Origin: Eukaryota sp. GEM-RC1
Lineage: Eukaryota
Assembly: GCA_040285855.1 (NCBI GenBank)
Contig: JAUFOQ010000002.1
Location: 1,798,001 to 1,862,000 of the forward strand
DNA length: 64,000 nt
Direction of reading: 5' to 3'
Shown here: in pieces, positions 37,003 through 49,503 of the stretch
Position numbering within the stretch: position 1 is the stretch's first letter
Layout: the number at the start of each line of letters is the position of its first letter
The notes under the pieces: model-generated
Told to the model about the DNA's origin: nothing
Database searches by the model: none
The model's input: only the letters and a program-made list of their open reading frames with translations
Made by a program: the position numbers and the translations under genes

Positions 37003-37606
37003 CATGGAACGCAAATGTTCCGTACCGGAGCGATTTTCGGCGTACCGTACCGTACCGTACGTACGGACGTACAATACAAGTACCAGTACTGTACTTTTGA
37101 CCGATTAAAATACATACCTATAATTACTATTTTGACATGATGATCCAATGTGAGATTTTAACAGTTACCATCGTCATGTATTCAACTGCTAGACATTGCT
37201 CAGGATATCAATAACGTGATTGTCGCACTCAGTCAAATTTGGGGTACATCATTGATGACCACAACTTTTCCAAAATGACATTAGTTCACACGAAGCTCAA
37301 GAATCACATAAAATTAACAACAATATCATCTTCAACTTACAATGCAATAAACTAGTGAGTACTACGAAATATACCATAACAAAGAGCCCAAAAACCCAAA
37401 AATTTTTGTGTCTAAACTATTAGAATGCACAGAAGCCAATTGCAATAGTACTATGTTTGACGAGGGAATAAACCTCCACTCCAAAATTTGTATCTGTAAA
37501 TCATTTTAGGTCATTCATAAATAGGCTTCAAATAAAATCAAATCACATCGGTACGGATAAACAAAATCGGTACGTACGGTACGTACCAAAGATTTTGCGC
37601 ACATTG
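37003..37606. mobile_element. hAT-like MITE with subterminal CGTAC repeats
   Basis: 8-bp TSD GTTTAAGT (36995-37002, 37607-37614); imperfect TIRs CATGGAACGCAAA / CAATGTGCGCAAA. Confidence 0.8.
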
Positions 37607-37946
37607 GTTTAAGTGTCTGGTAAAATGAAATGCCTTCATGTTCAACTAGAACAATTTTCTTTATTATGAGAGATACTGGTATGTAACACTAGCAGTACTA
37701 GTAGATGAGACTTGATTGGCTCAGAAGTGTAAATTCAAGGAATGATTATGGACTGCAATTAATGCTTCCAATTTTTGAAACACTTTACAATTTGTCAAAA
37801 TACAGTATTGTCAACATTCTACTTTCAAATAAAATTGTAACAGTAAAAGAGTCTTGTATCCTCTGCTGAAGTTTCCACTAACTTCAATAGTAAAGAAATT
37901 ATAAATTAAAAAATGTAATTAAAAAAGGCTAAAACAAACTAATAAA

Positions 37947-39638
37947 CTAAACTTTTCTCCCCTTCTTCGGTGGTTTCGTCGATCCCTTCCTTCTATTTTT
38001 AACATCCACTTTGTCATAGAAATGCTTTCCAGTCTTCTGCTTGTTCGTCGTCATTCTAGTCTTTAACGGGATAATCTGAATCTTAGGTCGGTCAACTTCC
38101 TCCTCTTCTTCTACTACCTCTTTACCATCAGAATCCTCTTCTGAGTTGGATTCTTCATCTTCTTCTTCCTCCTCAACAACTGGCTCCTCAAATGGTTCAT
38201 CATCGTCATCTTCACCATCAAACACCTCATCCCAATCAATATCGTCTTCACTTTCCTCTTTCAATTCGTTCACGTCATCCTTTTCTTCCAACTCATCATT
38301 AATTTCTTGTTCTACCACAACTTCATCGTCTTTTTTCTTAACCAGACTCTCATCGAAATTAGGAGGTTTAATAAACCAAGGTACTTTACCTCGTAGAAAG
38401 TCGTTTAGAACCATTCTAGAGACAATTACAAGGTCAGGTTCACCTCCTTTTAATAGCTTTCCACTATTATTTGCAACTGCTTTGAGAAAGTCTTCCCAAT
38501 CCTCGAACTTACCAACGTTATAGGAGTCACGGAGAACTTTGTGATTGACTCTTTCCAGAATCATTGGAATGATTGCAACTGGATCAGGAATGAGTTCTGT
38601 TCTGATTGCTCCCTTTAAAACAGATGATTCAGGAGTTTCTGACCCTAACCCAATAGTTCCAGGACAATCAATCAAATAAATACGTTTCATCAGAGTCACA
38701 AACTGCCAAACCTTAGTCTCACCAGGGATTGGCGCCACATTCACACACTTCTTACCCTTTAATGCATTAATAATAGAACTCTTTCCAGTATTAGGATACC
38801 CAACCAAACCAACAGAGATTTGAGGCTTATCATGATGAAGTTTAGCAAACTGTCTCAAGAGATTTAACAAAGCTCCCTTACCAAATGGCTTATTCACCGA
38901 GGCTTTGAAGGCTAAGCATGGATATTCCTGAGAGATTAGCTTAACGTACTGCCTAGTACAAGAAACAGGCACCAGATCCACCTTGTTGATCAGAAGGACT
39001 AAATGACGATGCTTATGTTCCGGTCGCTTCAGCATTTGCTCTAAATGTCTCGATCTAGTACCCAGGGGATCCCTGGCATCTAGAACCTGGATGATGACGT
39101 CAGAGGAGTCAACTACACGGAAGAGCTCTCCCCAGATACGTTTACTTGTTCCCTTATCAAAGATGGGTTCAGGGATGAACTTATCGGCTTCTACTTCTGG
39201 TTCTAGGTCGTCAAAGTCTTGGCCTTGGTTATTGGCTTTGGAAGCGAGTTCTTCGAGGGTTTCTGCTTCTATTCTGGGCTTTTTACGGCGTCTGGTGTGA
39301 CCGAAAGTCTCATCAAAAGGTTCAATGTCAAGGATCTTGGCTTTTCCAGAGGAGTTGGTCGTGTCAGAAACCAAGGAGAGTGGGAGCTTCTTTTGACGAA
39401 GTAGAACTGAGTAAGGGGAGTTTGTGGCTTCAATGGCTTCACGGAATTGAGATAACTGGTTTTGACCAACAACTCGGGTGTTACCAAACCACTTGCGGTT
39501 GGGAAGAATACGTCCATCAGAGGACGTGGTACTAGAAAGAAACTGACCACCAACAACTTTGCCATGTGTGTCCAGCTTAAGCCGGGATCGGTACATTTTC
39601 AACCGTTTAACGGTTGATTTAGTGCGCAGAGGTCCCAT
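37947..39638 (-). CDS. NOG2: Nucleolar GTP-binding protein 2
   Basis: RLKMY, PNRKWFGNTRV, SKRIWGEL, DARDP, NKVD, GYPNTGKSS, DCPG (circularly permuted GTPase). Confidence 0.95.
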   Translation of the reverse strand: MGPLRTKSTVKRLKMYRSRLKLDTHGKVVGGQFLSSTTSSDGRILPNRKWFGNTRVVGQNQLSQFREAIEATNSPYSVLLRQKKLPLSLVSDTTNSSGKAKILDIEPFDETFGHTRRRKKPRIEAETLEELASKANNQGQDFDDLEPEVEADKFIPEPIFDKGTSKRIWGELFRVVDSSDVIIQVLDARDPLGTRSRHLEQMLKRPEHKHRHLVLLINKVDLVPVSCTRQYVKLISQEYPCLAFKASVNKPFGKGALLNLLRQFAKLHHDKPQISVGLVGYPNTGKSSIINALKGKKCVNVAPIPGETKVWQFVTLMKRIYLIDCPGTIGLGSETPESSVLKGAIRTELIPDPVAIIPMILERVNHKVLRDSYNVGKFEDWEDFLKAVANNSGKLLKGGEPDLVIVSRMVLNDFLRGKVPWFIKPPNFDESLVKKKDDEVVVEQEINDELEEKDDVNELKEESEDDIDWDEVFDGEDDDDEPFEEPVVEEEEEDEESNSEEDSDGKEVVEEEEEVDRPKIQIIPLKTRMTTNKQKTGKHFYDKVDVKNRRKGSTKPPKKGRKV

Positions 39639-39691
39639 AAGATGAAGATGTTGTGGAAATGGCCATTTTCAGTCTTCCATCTTAGTCTCTT

Positions 39692-40480
39692 ATGATCGAA
39701 TCAATCTCTGTATCTCCATTAGTTCTTTTTAATGCTCTAGACCATCATACTCGTCGTAGTTCCAGTGCTTCTTTTGCCGTTGGAATTCTTTTTAGGTTAT
39801 ATTTATGAAGGTGAAGCTTTCCTCACCAACTCTTTTCCTCTGAAACACTTCAGTGATCTTTCAGTGTGTTGACATCTCTTAATTCATCCTAGGATTTTCC
39901 TGACACTGTTTCTTTTATATCGAACTTTCTACGAACAAGCACACAGCGACCTACTTCCATTTGCCCTTCTGTTGAAGAATTCCTTGGATTCTACTGTACT
40001 TCACTAGAAATTGAGCCTTTCACCCGATCTCTATCCTCATATCTCCAAGAACACCAAGTACCACTTGTTATATCTGTCGATACATCCCTGGCTGAGAAAG
40101 ATGTCAAAGTTTGTGGCTATGTCCAAGATCTTTCCACTCGAACTTTCTCCTCCATGGAAACCTCCATCAAAGTCTCATCTTCAGAACAACCAATGCTTCA
40201 AGTTATTGGCCACTCTGCCCTCAACGAGACTCCCCTATCTAGCATCGGAACCCTTACTTCAATGAAGGAAGACATTGGAGCTCTTAGATCATATCTCGAA
40301 GATCCTTCTGTACCTAAGGATGATGACGTGACCAAGGAGATTGGATCTGTTTTAGGAAGGTTGGCTAGTGAGACTGGTGAACAGGCAAGTCTCCAGGTTA
40401 AAACCCTAGTTAGTTTGAGAGCGCTTGCAAAGGAAATTATGGAGAGAAATGTTTTGTTAGAGGAAAAAATGAGAGCATAG
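39692..40480 (+). CDS. MPN/JAB domain protein, eIF3f/Rpn8-like (frameshifted, possible small intron)
   Basis: Manual translation from ATG 39692: ISVSPLVLFNALDHHTRR...VGILLG...TNSFPL; C-terminus in ORF 40154-40480. Confidence 0.65.
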
Positions 40481-40806
40481 GTTCTTGATTGATAAATTTA
40501 AGCATATCATTACTTTTACACGTTTCCGTATAACTAACTGTTCCATGACTAAATTGATGTTTCTGTTAAATAGTTGAATCATGGAGTTTGAAGGAATAGA
40601 GATTTTGAACAAAAACAGTGGTTTATTGTTTAAACACAACGAGTAAAAACGTCATCGGATATCCATTTAGGAACTAAGAAGAGTAGTTTTTTTGGTAATT
40701 TTTGTAGTGGTTTCTGTTTTTAATTCACTTCTAGATGGTAATCAGAATTCATCAGATACAGAAACAGACTGTTGGTGAAGAAGACGTTGATTTACTGGGT
40801 TAGAAA

Positions 40807-41758
40807 CATACCTAGGAAATACACGAACACATTTCCAAATACAGATACAAATACAGAATACAGATACAAAAATACAGATACAAAAATACAGATACAGATA
40901 CAAAGACATCATTAGTCACAAGATTCACTGTTGACGTGGCATTGTACTTCTTATTGTTGTTAGACCAGTTTGTATTGTATATACACAGTTAAACATATAT
41001 TGGATCACATGTATTCCAAATTTGTGTTCCAACCTTTCGGTGTTTTGCTTTTTGGATCGCGTAGTCTTGCTGGTGAACAATTTTACAAGGATTTTGAAGA
41101 ACTTTGTAAAGAAAAGAAGCGTAAGTTTCGAAAGTCTGAGTGGAAAAAGGGTATTGTGTTTTCCATTTATAGGAATATGCATTTCTATTTCTCTCGATCA
41201 GTTAAACATATGTTGGTACAGCCCTGAAGTCCTCATATTTTATTTATAAAAATCATTTAGTTCCCGTTCTACTAGTACCCTAAGGTATAACATATATAAC
41301 AGTTTTTACGTCAGTTCAAGTCTAAGGATGTAAATTACTTCAAAACTCAGTTATCATCAGTGTGACTGTTATTCGAAAAACTTCTTTTCCCTTTGTAATG
41401 AGGTTTCCCTCCTTCTTTAAGATATTCTTCGGTACGCCGAAAGAAGATGGTGTTTTAACATCAGAGAGATGATTGGAAAGAACATACATTGAGGAATAGG
41501 GAAACAACAAATGCTATTGTGTGTGCTCATCCAACAATTTCGAGTCGGATACACATCTGATGTCTTTTTTATCCTTGAAGCAAATTTGCTGACGCTGTTT
41601 ATTATTGCAGTAGACTGATGGGAGCTTCTTTGTCAGTTTCAATTGAAGGGTTTGAAGAAAATAGACAAAATACACATAATACAGAATACACGATACAAAT
41701 CAATGTTAGGATACAGATACAAATACAGGATACAGTGTATCTGTATTTCCTACTGTAG
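40807..41758. mobile_element. MITE-like element with GATACA(A/G) subterminal repeats, containing an RLE retrotransposon fragment (40925-41227)
   Basis: TAGGAAATAC inverted near both ends; gatacaaatacag arrays at 40840-40905 and 41690-41735; FVFQPFG..FG tail motif inside. Confidence 0.5.
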
Positions 41759-41764
41759 GTAGAG

Positions 41765-42535
41765 CAGGGGTGGGAAAACAATATTGCAATAAATATATAT
41801 ATTTTTTAGCCACAAAATAAATATTGCAATTCTGAAATAGTGCCAATAAATATTGCAATATTCCAACAATATGAATCATATTATGTATTTATTACAAAAA
41901 AACTCACATATTCTATTGTTCATCATCATCAGAAATATCTGAAATAATCTCAATACCATTATCTACATCTTCGAATTTGTATTTTGTACTGCTCATGATA
42001 TGTCTTAAAGTAGCTTCATCCCAAAAGTCACTGTTCTCCTTCATCATTATTTGCATTTCAAGACTCGCAGGTTTAAGAGAAAATCTGTGGCAATTGATCA
42101 CTCTCTTTAACTTACTGAACAGTCGTTCACATGTGTTAGAGGTAGAAGGAATAAAGTTTAAATCAATGTACCTAGACTCTGTTTCTTTGGGCTTCGTCAT
42201 TAGAAGTAATTATGACAATGTAGAATCAGAAGTGTGAGGGAAAGAATTTACATTGTACTTCTAGTAAACAGTCGAACTGAGCTCAAATGACAGACATTAT
42301 GACAATACACCATCTAGAAATCATTACAGATAAAGCAACAAAGACAACAAACCTGGTTTTGGAAGTCCAAATGGTGATGCAAAACAACGAAATGAACAAC
42401 TCGAAGTATATTGACCAATATTGCAATAATTAACCGGTGTAACAAACAATATTGCTCCACCTCAAAGAGCGGAAATAAATATTGGAGCAATATTTATTGC
42501 AATATTGGAAGAGCAATATTGTTTTCCTACCCCTG
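41765..42535 (-). mobile_element. Internally deleted hAT transposon
   Basis: 23-bp TIR CAGGGGT(G/A)GGAAAACAATATTGC; 8-bp TSD AGGTAGAG (41757-41764, 42536-42543); hAT dimerisation fragment FIPSTSNTCERLFS (41913-42200). Confidence 0.95.
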
Positions 42536-42538
42536 AGG

Positions 42539-43059
42539 TAGAGTGAGCAAACACGCGGTGTTAAGGATTTTGGCAGCGTGTCAACACGTACTAACACGTG
42601 TTGACACGCTAAACACATAGTGACTTCATTTTGGAAGATAAACTTAGTCCCAGGGCTCATTAAAACGTGTGTGGTGGTATCGAAATACAGTACAGAGTGT
42701 TTGGATCATGAAATAGTCTGTCTCCTCATAAGAAAGTAATTCTTTTGGATTTTTGCTGTTGTCAAAGACACGTGTTGACAAGCGTGTTAACAACAATTCT
42801 CACTTTTCTATCATTCTTGTAATAAAGTTAGCTTAGTCAAGCACCATTGCTATATTTCTGAATATTCGAACCTTTATAAAGGCAGAAAGTACCAATCGAA
42901 ACATACTAGTACTAAACTGTGATTGAGACGAGTACTTTACTCTCAGGTCATTAAAAGACCAAAATAACACCAAAACTTTACGTGTTGAAATACTCCATTT
43001 CGGTGTTGAGGGATTTTGGCAGCGTGTCAACACGTACTGACACGTGTTTGCTCACTCTG
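42539..43059. mobile_element. hAT-like MITE
   Basis: TIR (T/C)AGAGTGAGCAAACACG; internal direct repeat ggattttggcagcgtgtcaacacgtact (42565, 43011) and 15-bp inverted repeat 42575-42610. Confidence 0.75.
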
Positions 43060-43274
43060 GTTAGAAACAATATCTTGGTGTGTATCAGCAACCACAAAAG
43101 GTATAAATTTATTGTATTTAAACCATTTTTGGAATTTTTAAGGTAGAAATATGCTTTATTATAGTGGTAACATCAATGCTAAAAAACCAACATCGACGAA
43201 CCAAAAAGCAGTAACTAAAATAAAAGACTCATGTACAATCAGTACTGTAAAAATGTAAAAATTGAACGTTTGAA

Positions 43275-44684
43275 TTAAATCATCATGTCATCAGAATAAG
43301 ACACGTTATACTTACTCATTAATCCAAATGGAATTTCAACATCAGAAAACTCTGCCAGATACAGCTGAAGAGCAGATTTGGCACATATGATATCCACACA
43401 CTCTGGCCTTCTTAGCAATGGATGAAGATGTCGTTGATATCGTAGAGATGGGAAAACTGCTTGAACAGATTGCCGACGGACTGATTCCTTGATTTGAGGA
43501 TATAAGGTATTATGAGTCAACCAGTTGTCATCACGAACCTCGTTTACAACTTCCTGTAGAGAAAGATCGTCTTGTTCACCCTTTTCAATGTAATCCAGGC
43601 AGTAAACGTTGTCCTTTGGTAGATCTAATCCAAGATCTGCAAGAGCCGCGACAAGTAGCACTTCGCGTTGTACTCTCATTCGTTCTTTCTCTTCCCTGTC
43701 AGCTTGAATCCTTTCTTCCTCAGCATTAATGAATTCTTGAACTTCTTCTGCTGTTTTTCTTCCTTGAATAAAGTCATCTTTAATAGTAGCGAGTTTGTAA
43801 ACTCCTAGATGTTCGAATTTGACTGTCCAAATTGCTCTACGGACTTCTACGACAAGAATTTCATCTGAGACAAATTGCGGTATTTTGCCCAGCTTTTCAA
43901 TAAGCAGTTCTTGTACACAAACCTCTTGATCTTGGGTTCGTTCTAGCAGATGCATGCAGTGGCCTAGTGTTGCTTTGAACTCTGTTTTTCGAAGGCCATT
44001 GTTCATGAAATCAAAAGCAACAGTTTCAGTAAAATAGTTCAACCATTGTTCATTGTCAAAAGAGAAGGTAGCAGACAGATAGTTCTTCATGTACTTGAAA
44101 CGTTGTTCACGAAGTTCCAGCTTTCTTAAGCGGAACTGTTCACGTTTCTGTCTGAATTCGCGGTATTCATCATAGGAGTGCTTCCACATTGACATTTGTC
44201 TTACATCAGAGATCCTGAATCTTCTAGCAAAAGAATCAAGAGGCAAGAGATCATCGTTGTCGAGTCGATACTCTTGTTTAGCATGTTGGCGAGAGCAAGT
44301 GAATTCAGGGTTGTAGGAGAACCCTAGGCACTTACCCCATTTGGCTGTTCTCAAAAAAAGTTTGTATGAAAGATGATACTGTTTCCAGATGATTTGGCGT
44401 TCATTATCAGAACCGTGAAGCCAATGAAGCGCAAGAAGCATTCTTGGTTTGATGATAGGAGTTTTGAAATGAACTCCTAAAAGAATACGAAAGACGTGAT
44501 GTGGTTGACTAAGAGGGTAGATGGGATTCTCTTCACAGGCTATTTTCAATGGTGGTTCTGAGGAAAGTGAATCAGGTGAGGGAGAATGAGATCTCCGGCG
44601 CGGAGAACCCGCATCAATATCAGATTTGTCTTCCTGATCTTCGTAAGACTCATGATGAGTTCCAGGGGCGATCATTGTAGCCAT
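43275..44684 (-). CDS. Uncharacterised protein with a possible XPA-C-terminal-like motif
   Basis: Intact 469-aa ORF; AKQEYRLDNDDL...F.ISDV and RE.LL..AL..LGL.L..D...C..YI motifs. Confidence 0.5.
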   Translation of the reverse strand: MATMIAPGTHHESYEDQEDKSDIDAGSPRRRSHSPSPDSLSSEPPLKIACEENPIYPLSQPHHVFRILLGVHFKTPIIKPRMLLALHWLHGSDNERQIIWKQYHLSYKLFLRTAKWGKCLGFSYNPEFTCSRQHAKQEYRLDNDDLLPLDSFARRFRISDVRQMSMWKHSYDEYREFRQKREQFRLRKLELREQRFKYMKNYLSATFSFDNEQWLNYFTETVAFDFMNNGLRKTEFKATLGHCMHLLERTQDQEVCVQELLIEKLGKIPQFVSDEILVVEVRRAIWTVKFEHLGVYKLATIKDDFIQGRKTAEEVQEFINAEEERIQADREEKERMRVQREVLLVAALADLGLDLPKDNVYCLDYIEKGEQDDLSLQEVVNEVRDDNWLTHNTLYPQIKESVRRQSVQAVFPSLRYQRHLHPLLRRPECVDIICAKSALQLYLAEFSDVEIPFGLMSKYNVSYSDDMMI

Positions 44685-45706
44685 TGCAGTAAATAGAATT
44701 GAGGCTAGGGGTTAGAAAAATGCAATTTTAAATTTCTCTCCAGAAGATTTTGACTGGAGCATTCTGAAATCCTTATCTTGTCAATTTTCACCTATAGTCA
44801 TTGAGTTGGCTTCAAAGAGTGGGCAAACAGAGATTTTCGCGTTCAATCTTACCATTTTTATAACGCATCATTAACCAATGCTGATCATAGTTTAACATCA
44901 ATGTATTAGTGTAAATAACAATAACTGATACACCTAGACTGCAGTATTAGACCACAAATTCACCAACTTCACTATTCTGACCAATTTCTACGTCTTCGTC
45001 GTCACTACAGGCTTCTACGATATCATAACCCCTTTTCCAACCAGTCCTGTAACAGGGTTAAAGAAGTGAACGAATCTGCTCCTCCTCTTACTTCTAATGG
45101 ATTCAGACAATTTATTTAGTAGTGATTTAAAAAGTTACAGTATCTGAGCACTTTACATTGATATTCGGTGGCCCGTCGTCTATAAAAAGTGCGACATTAC
45201 CCACAAGTCAATTAAAAAAATGACTTGACTTGGAAATGACTTGACTCAAGTCGATCTACTTGTGAATTGAGTGACATTGGACAACTCTAGTTCTAAGACA
45301 CACTTAACGATTTCATGTACAATGTAGTTATTATTGATTACGTTCAATTGTTTAAGCAGAAATCTAAATTGAAAGTGTACTAATTGGAGTAAAAGTACAG
45401 TGTTTAACATTTACAGTGTGTTTTAATATCGTTTGTGAACACAGTTTTGGTCGTTTCTTCAGAGTGGCCAACGGTGGAAGCAAATGCTGACCGAGGCTTA
45501 GATAGTGAGCTAATGTAACTACAAAAAAGCGGATTAATGTGCGTAAAAAAATACACTACAAGTGAACAACAAATAAATAAAGACTATTAAAACAAACTAT
45601 CTAACGAACTACCCAATTAGTTACAAAACAACTTGGACACAATGAAACTACGAATGAGTACTGAACATGTAAAACATGTGATCTATTTGCAACTTCAATT
45701 TCCTAG

Positions 45707-46114
45707 ATGGATTCCCCCAGCTTTCAAAACACTTGGATCGTCTACCCTATCTACTTTGATTCAAAAGTCTCTCGTGTTAAAGGACGTCGTGTTTCAACTG
45801 ATCGATCGATACCTCATCCAACACTTGATGAACTTAGCAAAACCCTAGACAGTCTTAGTGTCTCTTTTGAAAAACAAATCCACAAAAGACATCCTCAATC
45901 GTGGGAATTCCCAGGAAGAATTCTGATAAGGAATACGGATGGACTTTCACTAAAGAAGACTGAACTCTTCTGTAAGATGGGCGAACTTCTTCCTCAAATT
46001 CGTAAGGCAGAACCAGCTCCTTCTACCAGTGCTCCTAAGCCTAAGCAGAAGTCCAAAAGAACAAGAAACGCTAGTTTCACTCTCTATTCTTTCTGTATAC
46101 TTTTCTTGTGTTAG
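45707..46114 (+). CDS. SRP19: Signal recognition particle 19 kDa subunit
   Basis: WIVYPIYFDSK..R.KGRRV, P.L.EL, KRHPQSW..PGRI; 3' end uncertain. Confidence 0.9.
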   Translation: MDSPSFQNTWIVYPIYFDSKVSRVKGRRVSTDRSIPHPTLDELSKTLDSLSVSFEKQIHKRHPQSWEFPGRILIRNTDGLSLKKTELFCKMGELLPQIRKAEPAPSTSAPKPKQKSKRTRNASFTLYSFCILFLC

Positions 46115-46559
46115 ATCAAAGCTGTATCCTTTCTTTGTCCTTTTTTTGCTTTGTGCTCTGTTCATCAATACATTCTTGCTGTGAAACTGTTTATACCTTG
46201 TCAAGAGAGACATATAATACTGTTAATTGAATGATTGTTCATAATGTACACTAATATGATTTACACCAAATGAAATCTCATTTTGCTTCCATTGTGTCTT
46301 TATAACAACAAGGAAGAATAACTTGTATGTAATAGTGATTCATTGACATTTGCAAACACATTCGCAAATACAGCACACCGTTGATCGTTCTCACATTCCA
46401 ATTACTAGTACTTTAATTAATCTAATACTAGCCAAGATGGGATAGGCTAGTAACTATTTTGCATAGGTGATTGTTAGGGAAACTAGAGTACATACAGAAA
46501 TAAAAAGAACTTAGAAGAACACATACAGTTTCCAAAATTTTTGATGATGAGTTTTCTGC

Positions 46560-46842
46560 TCTTGAAATGGCTGAAAAAGGAAAAAATACAAAGTACTGTC
46601 ACTTAATTGACCAATTGAATGTTGACAGATACAATTCTTTTGTGTTTCAACCTTTTGCGATGTCGATATACGGTAATATTGGATCAGCTGCACAAGGTTT
46701 TTTAACTTCCTTTGGTAAATTGTGTGCTGAGTACGGTAAAGTTTTCAATGAAAATTTATGGTTGAGTAGGTTAACGTTTGCGTTGTTTCGTTCAATGGTA
46801 TATTTTAATTCAATTTTAGGTAAGTTGTTCGGCTATGGATAG
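46560..46842 (+). mobile_element. RLE non-LTR retrotransposon 3' fragment
   Basis: AEK.K..KY...FVFQPFAMSIYGNIG..A..FL tail motif, like 58089-58721. Confidence 0.7.
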
Positions 46843-46910
46843 AAGGATCATAGTTTAGATACTTTAATTAGTGTCTGTTAGTTATTAACTTCTGCAAATG
46901 CATTTATTTC

Positions 46911-47271
46911 CATAGCTTGAAATTATGAACTCAAAAAAATAATTATTATTATTATTATGATTATTATTATTACAAGCATAATTCCATAATATTGATAATT
47001 ATGGCAATGATAGCCAAACAGAATTTTGTAGTGGAAAACAATCGAAACTCATCTACATGTACGTTTACTACTGGTTATAATGAGGGTTTTCTTCTTCTTT
47101 GAGATCAGGAAGCTCAGAAACCTTCTAACTTGTAGTATAGAGCAAGACACAAGACAATAATAGGTGTGTAATTTCGACAAGTATGGTGAAAAAAAGATTA
47201 TTATTATTATTATAGAGATTATTATTATTATGACAAATTATTATGGAAAAATTATATAATTTCAAGCTATG
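46911..47271. mobile_element. hAT-like MITE
   Basis: Perfect 16-bp TIR CATAGCTTGAAATTAT; 8-bp TSD TTTATTTC (46903-46910, 47272-47279); subterminal (ATT)n. Confidence 0.92.
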
Positions 47272-47334
47272 TTTATTTCTCTGATTGATCATAAACCCCG
47301 TTTTTTACAGTAAATCTCTACTCTTTATTACTTG

Positions 47335-48579
47335 ATGTCAGAGATTATCAATTTAGCCTTCGGAGGACCGTCATGCAAGCTAGTCTCTAAACTATACCAA
47401 CATCTTCTTCTACACGACCCAGAACAGCTGGACATCAACCGTTTTGCTTCTTCCCACCACCTCAACTCAATGTACGGACTCTTCATTGACCACTCTACTG
47501 TCTTTGGATCTGCCACTGTCCTCTCATCCTCTTCCCTTGATGAAACCCCTTCTTCTACTCTTCCCTCAGTCACTTCCCCTACCCGAGACTCACTGGATGT
47601 ACTCCTATGGCACCATTCCTTCATCCTTCGTTCCCTACTCCCCTTGGAATTACTCTGGGTCATTTTCTTCATTCTCTCATGGTCTGTCATCAGACCCTGA
47701 TTTCACGTCATCACTACTTGAATCAATCAGAAAATTGATTGAACAATGTGATAGTCCTTCTTGCTTCCAAGTTTCCTCTGAGTCCAATGGTTGGGCAGGG
47801 TTAGCTTCTTCTGTAATTCCTTTGATTTCGGATGATTTTGGACTTTCGTCTAATAGCATTCTTTTGATAAGGAAACTGACCGGAAGAATTTAAAATTGTG
47901 GAATAATTCAATTTTGTCTAAAGCACAGGCAATCACTGAACTCAGGAAGTGTTGCACTTCAGTGATCCCTTTGGTGACGTATAGTGATTGGAAGTTTGAC
48001 GAATATTTCAATTACTTAATTAATTTGTACAAACCTCTTCTAAGTGACGGAAAACTCAAAATGTGTTATTTCTATAATCAAATAATCACTAATAATTACC
48101 GAAATATTCTAGGAAGTTCATTGCTTTATCCTACACCTAAAAAAGACTTCAAGCAATGTATTGGTGATCCATTCAATACCTCTAGGGATTTAAAATCTTT
48201 TATTCCTTTTGATTCGAATCAGGATGAAGAAATTAATTACATTTCACAGATTCTTGTTTCTGGAGGTGTTGAACCGACGTTAAATTATTACAAATATTTG
48301 AAAAATTGTTTTTCGCCAAATTCTTTTATTTATGCGAGTTCAATACCCAATCATGAAACGTTCTTCACCAATCAAAATGAGATGGAAATGGAAAGTTTCC
48401 CTGTTTTAAGCAATCTTTCAAATGGTGGGCCAGTTACTTCATATATTTCAAATTTGTCTCAAAATCTGAAAAAACTTGATCGTCATTTGTTTGATAGTCA
48501 TGATTCTATTTCTGATCTTGATTTTGTTACAGTGAAAGAGGAAATAACTTTAGTGAACGAGGCGTACTTGGAATTTTAA
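47335..48579 (+). CDS. Misato/DML1-like tubulin-related protein (frameshifted)
   Basis: MSEIINLAFG N-terminus and IRKLIEQCDSPSCFQV...GWAG. Confidence 0.7.
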
Positions 48580-48729
48580 TTGTGTGGTGTTCTTTAAGAG
48601 TTACCATTAGACATCGTTTAGAATTTTAATTATTTAAAAATTATTAAGTCTATTGAAGAATTAGTCAGTATTTATCTTTGTTTCCTATGACAAATGGTTC
48701 AATCTAGTTAGTTATCAAGATCAATCCAA

Positions 48730-49063
48730 TCAAACCAATACTCTTGCCTTCATAAATCTCCTCAGCTTCTTCTTCATTCCCTTTCCAATGTCATTGTCTT
48801 GCAATACAACCATTTCCAAACATTTGTTAGTTAACAATTCATTAAATAAAAGCATGATCCCTTCTGAATGAAGAGAATTTCTTCTTAAATTTAAATAAAC
48901 CAGCGATGAAATCATTTTACCCCAAAAACTCTTCACCCCATAACCACATATCCCCAAACTGATACACTTATACCTTCTTTGATGGATTCCATACATCTTT
49001 TGATATCAAGTGTTGAGCTTCTTTCAAGATAGAGACGTGTTTGCAGGTATTCGTTCTTAGACT
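48730..49063 (-). pseudogene. C-terminal fragment of a ribonuclease-inhibitor-type LRR protein
   Basis: SSLVYLNLRRNSL..EG and NKCLEMVVLQDNDIG repeats; upstream part jumbled. Confidence 0.65.
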
Positions 49064-49328
49064 TGTGAACCGTGTTCATCCATGTCATGAATAAAATCAA
49101 CGTTGTACAACCATCCTACTACACATACATCACATTGATCAACATGTTCGACAAATGTGCATTTACTCCTTCTTATGATAATCTTTCATCTTCTCATTCT
49201 GACCGTCACAAGCTGAAAGCACATGTCGACTTGGAAATCTTGATTGATCATGTTTTTCTTGTGTTCATAAAGTTCAGTCACTTATGCTAGTCTATTATCA
49301 CTATCTATTGTCTTTTAGTTGTCATCTA

Positions 49329-49503
49329 AAAGATGTGTTTTACAAGATGTGTAATACAACATTCGTAATACAAGATGTGTTTTACAAGATGTGTTTTACA
49401 AGATGTGTTTTACAAGATCTGTAACACAACATTTGTAATACAACATTTGTAATACAAGATGTGTAACACAACATTTGTAATACAAGATGTGTAATACAAG
49501 ATG
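49329..49503. repeat. Minisatellite array (TACAAGATGTGTTT and TACAAGATGTGTAACACAACATTTGTAA variants)
   Basis: Directly visible tandem units. Confidence 0.9.

Noticed and set aside
34658..38523. Antisense and alternate-frame ORFs over coronin and NOG2
   Set aside because: Shadow ORFs produced by low-complexity acidic coding sequence
49329..49503. Repeat array next to an RNA-guided nuclease as a CRISPR-like array
   Set aside because: Units are directly tandem with no unique spacers; it is a minisatellite
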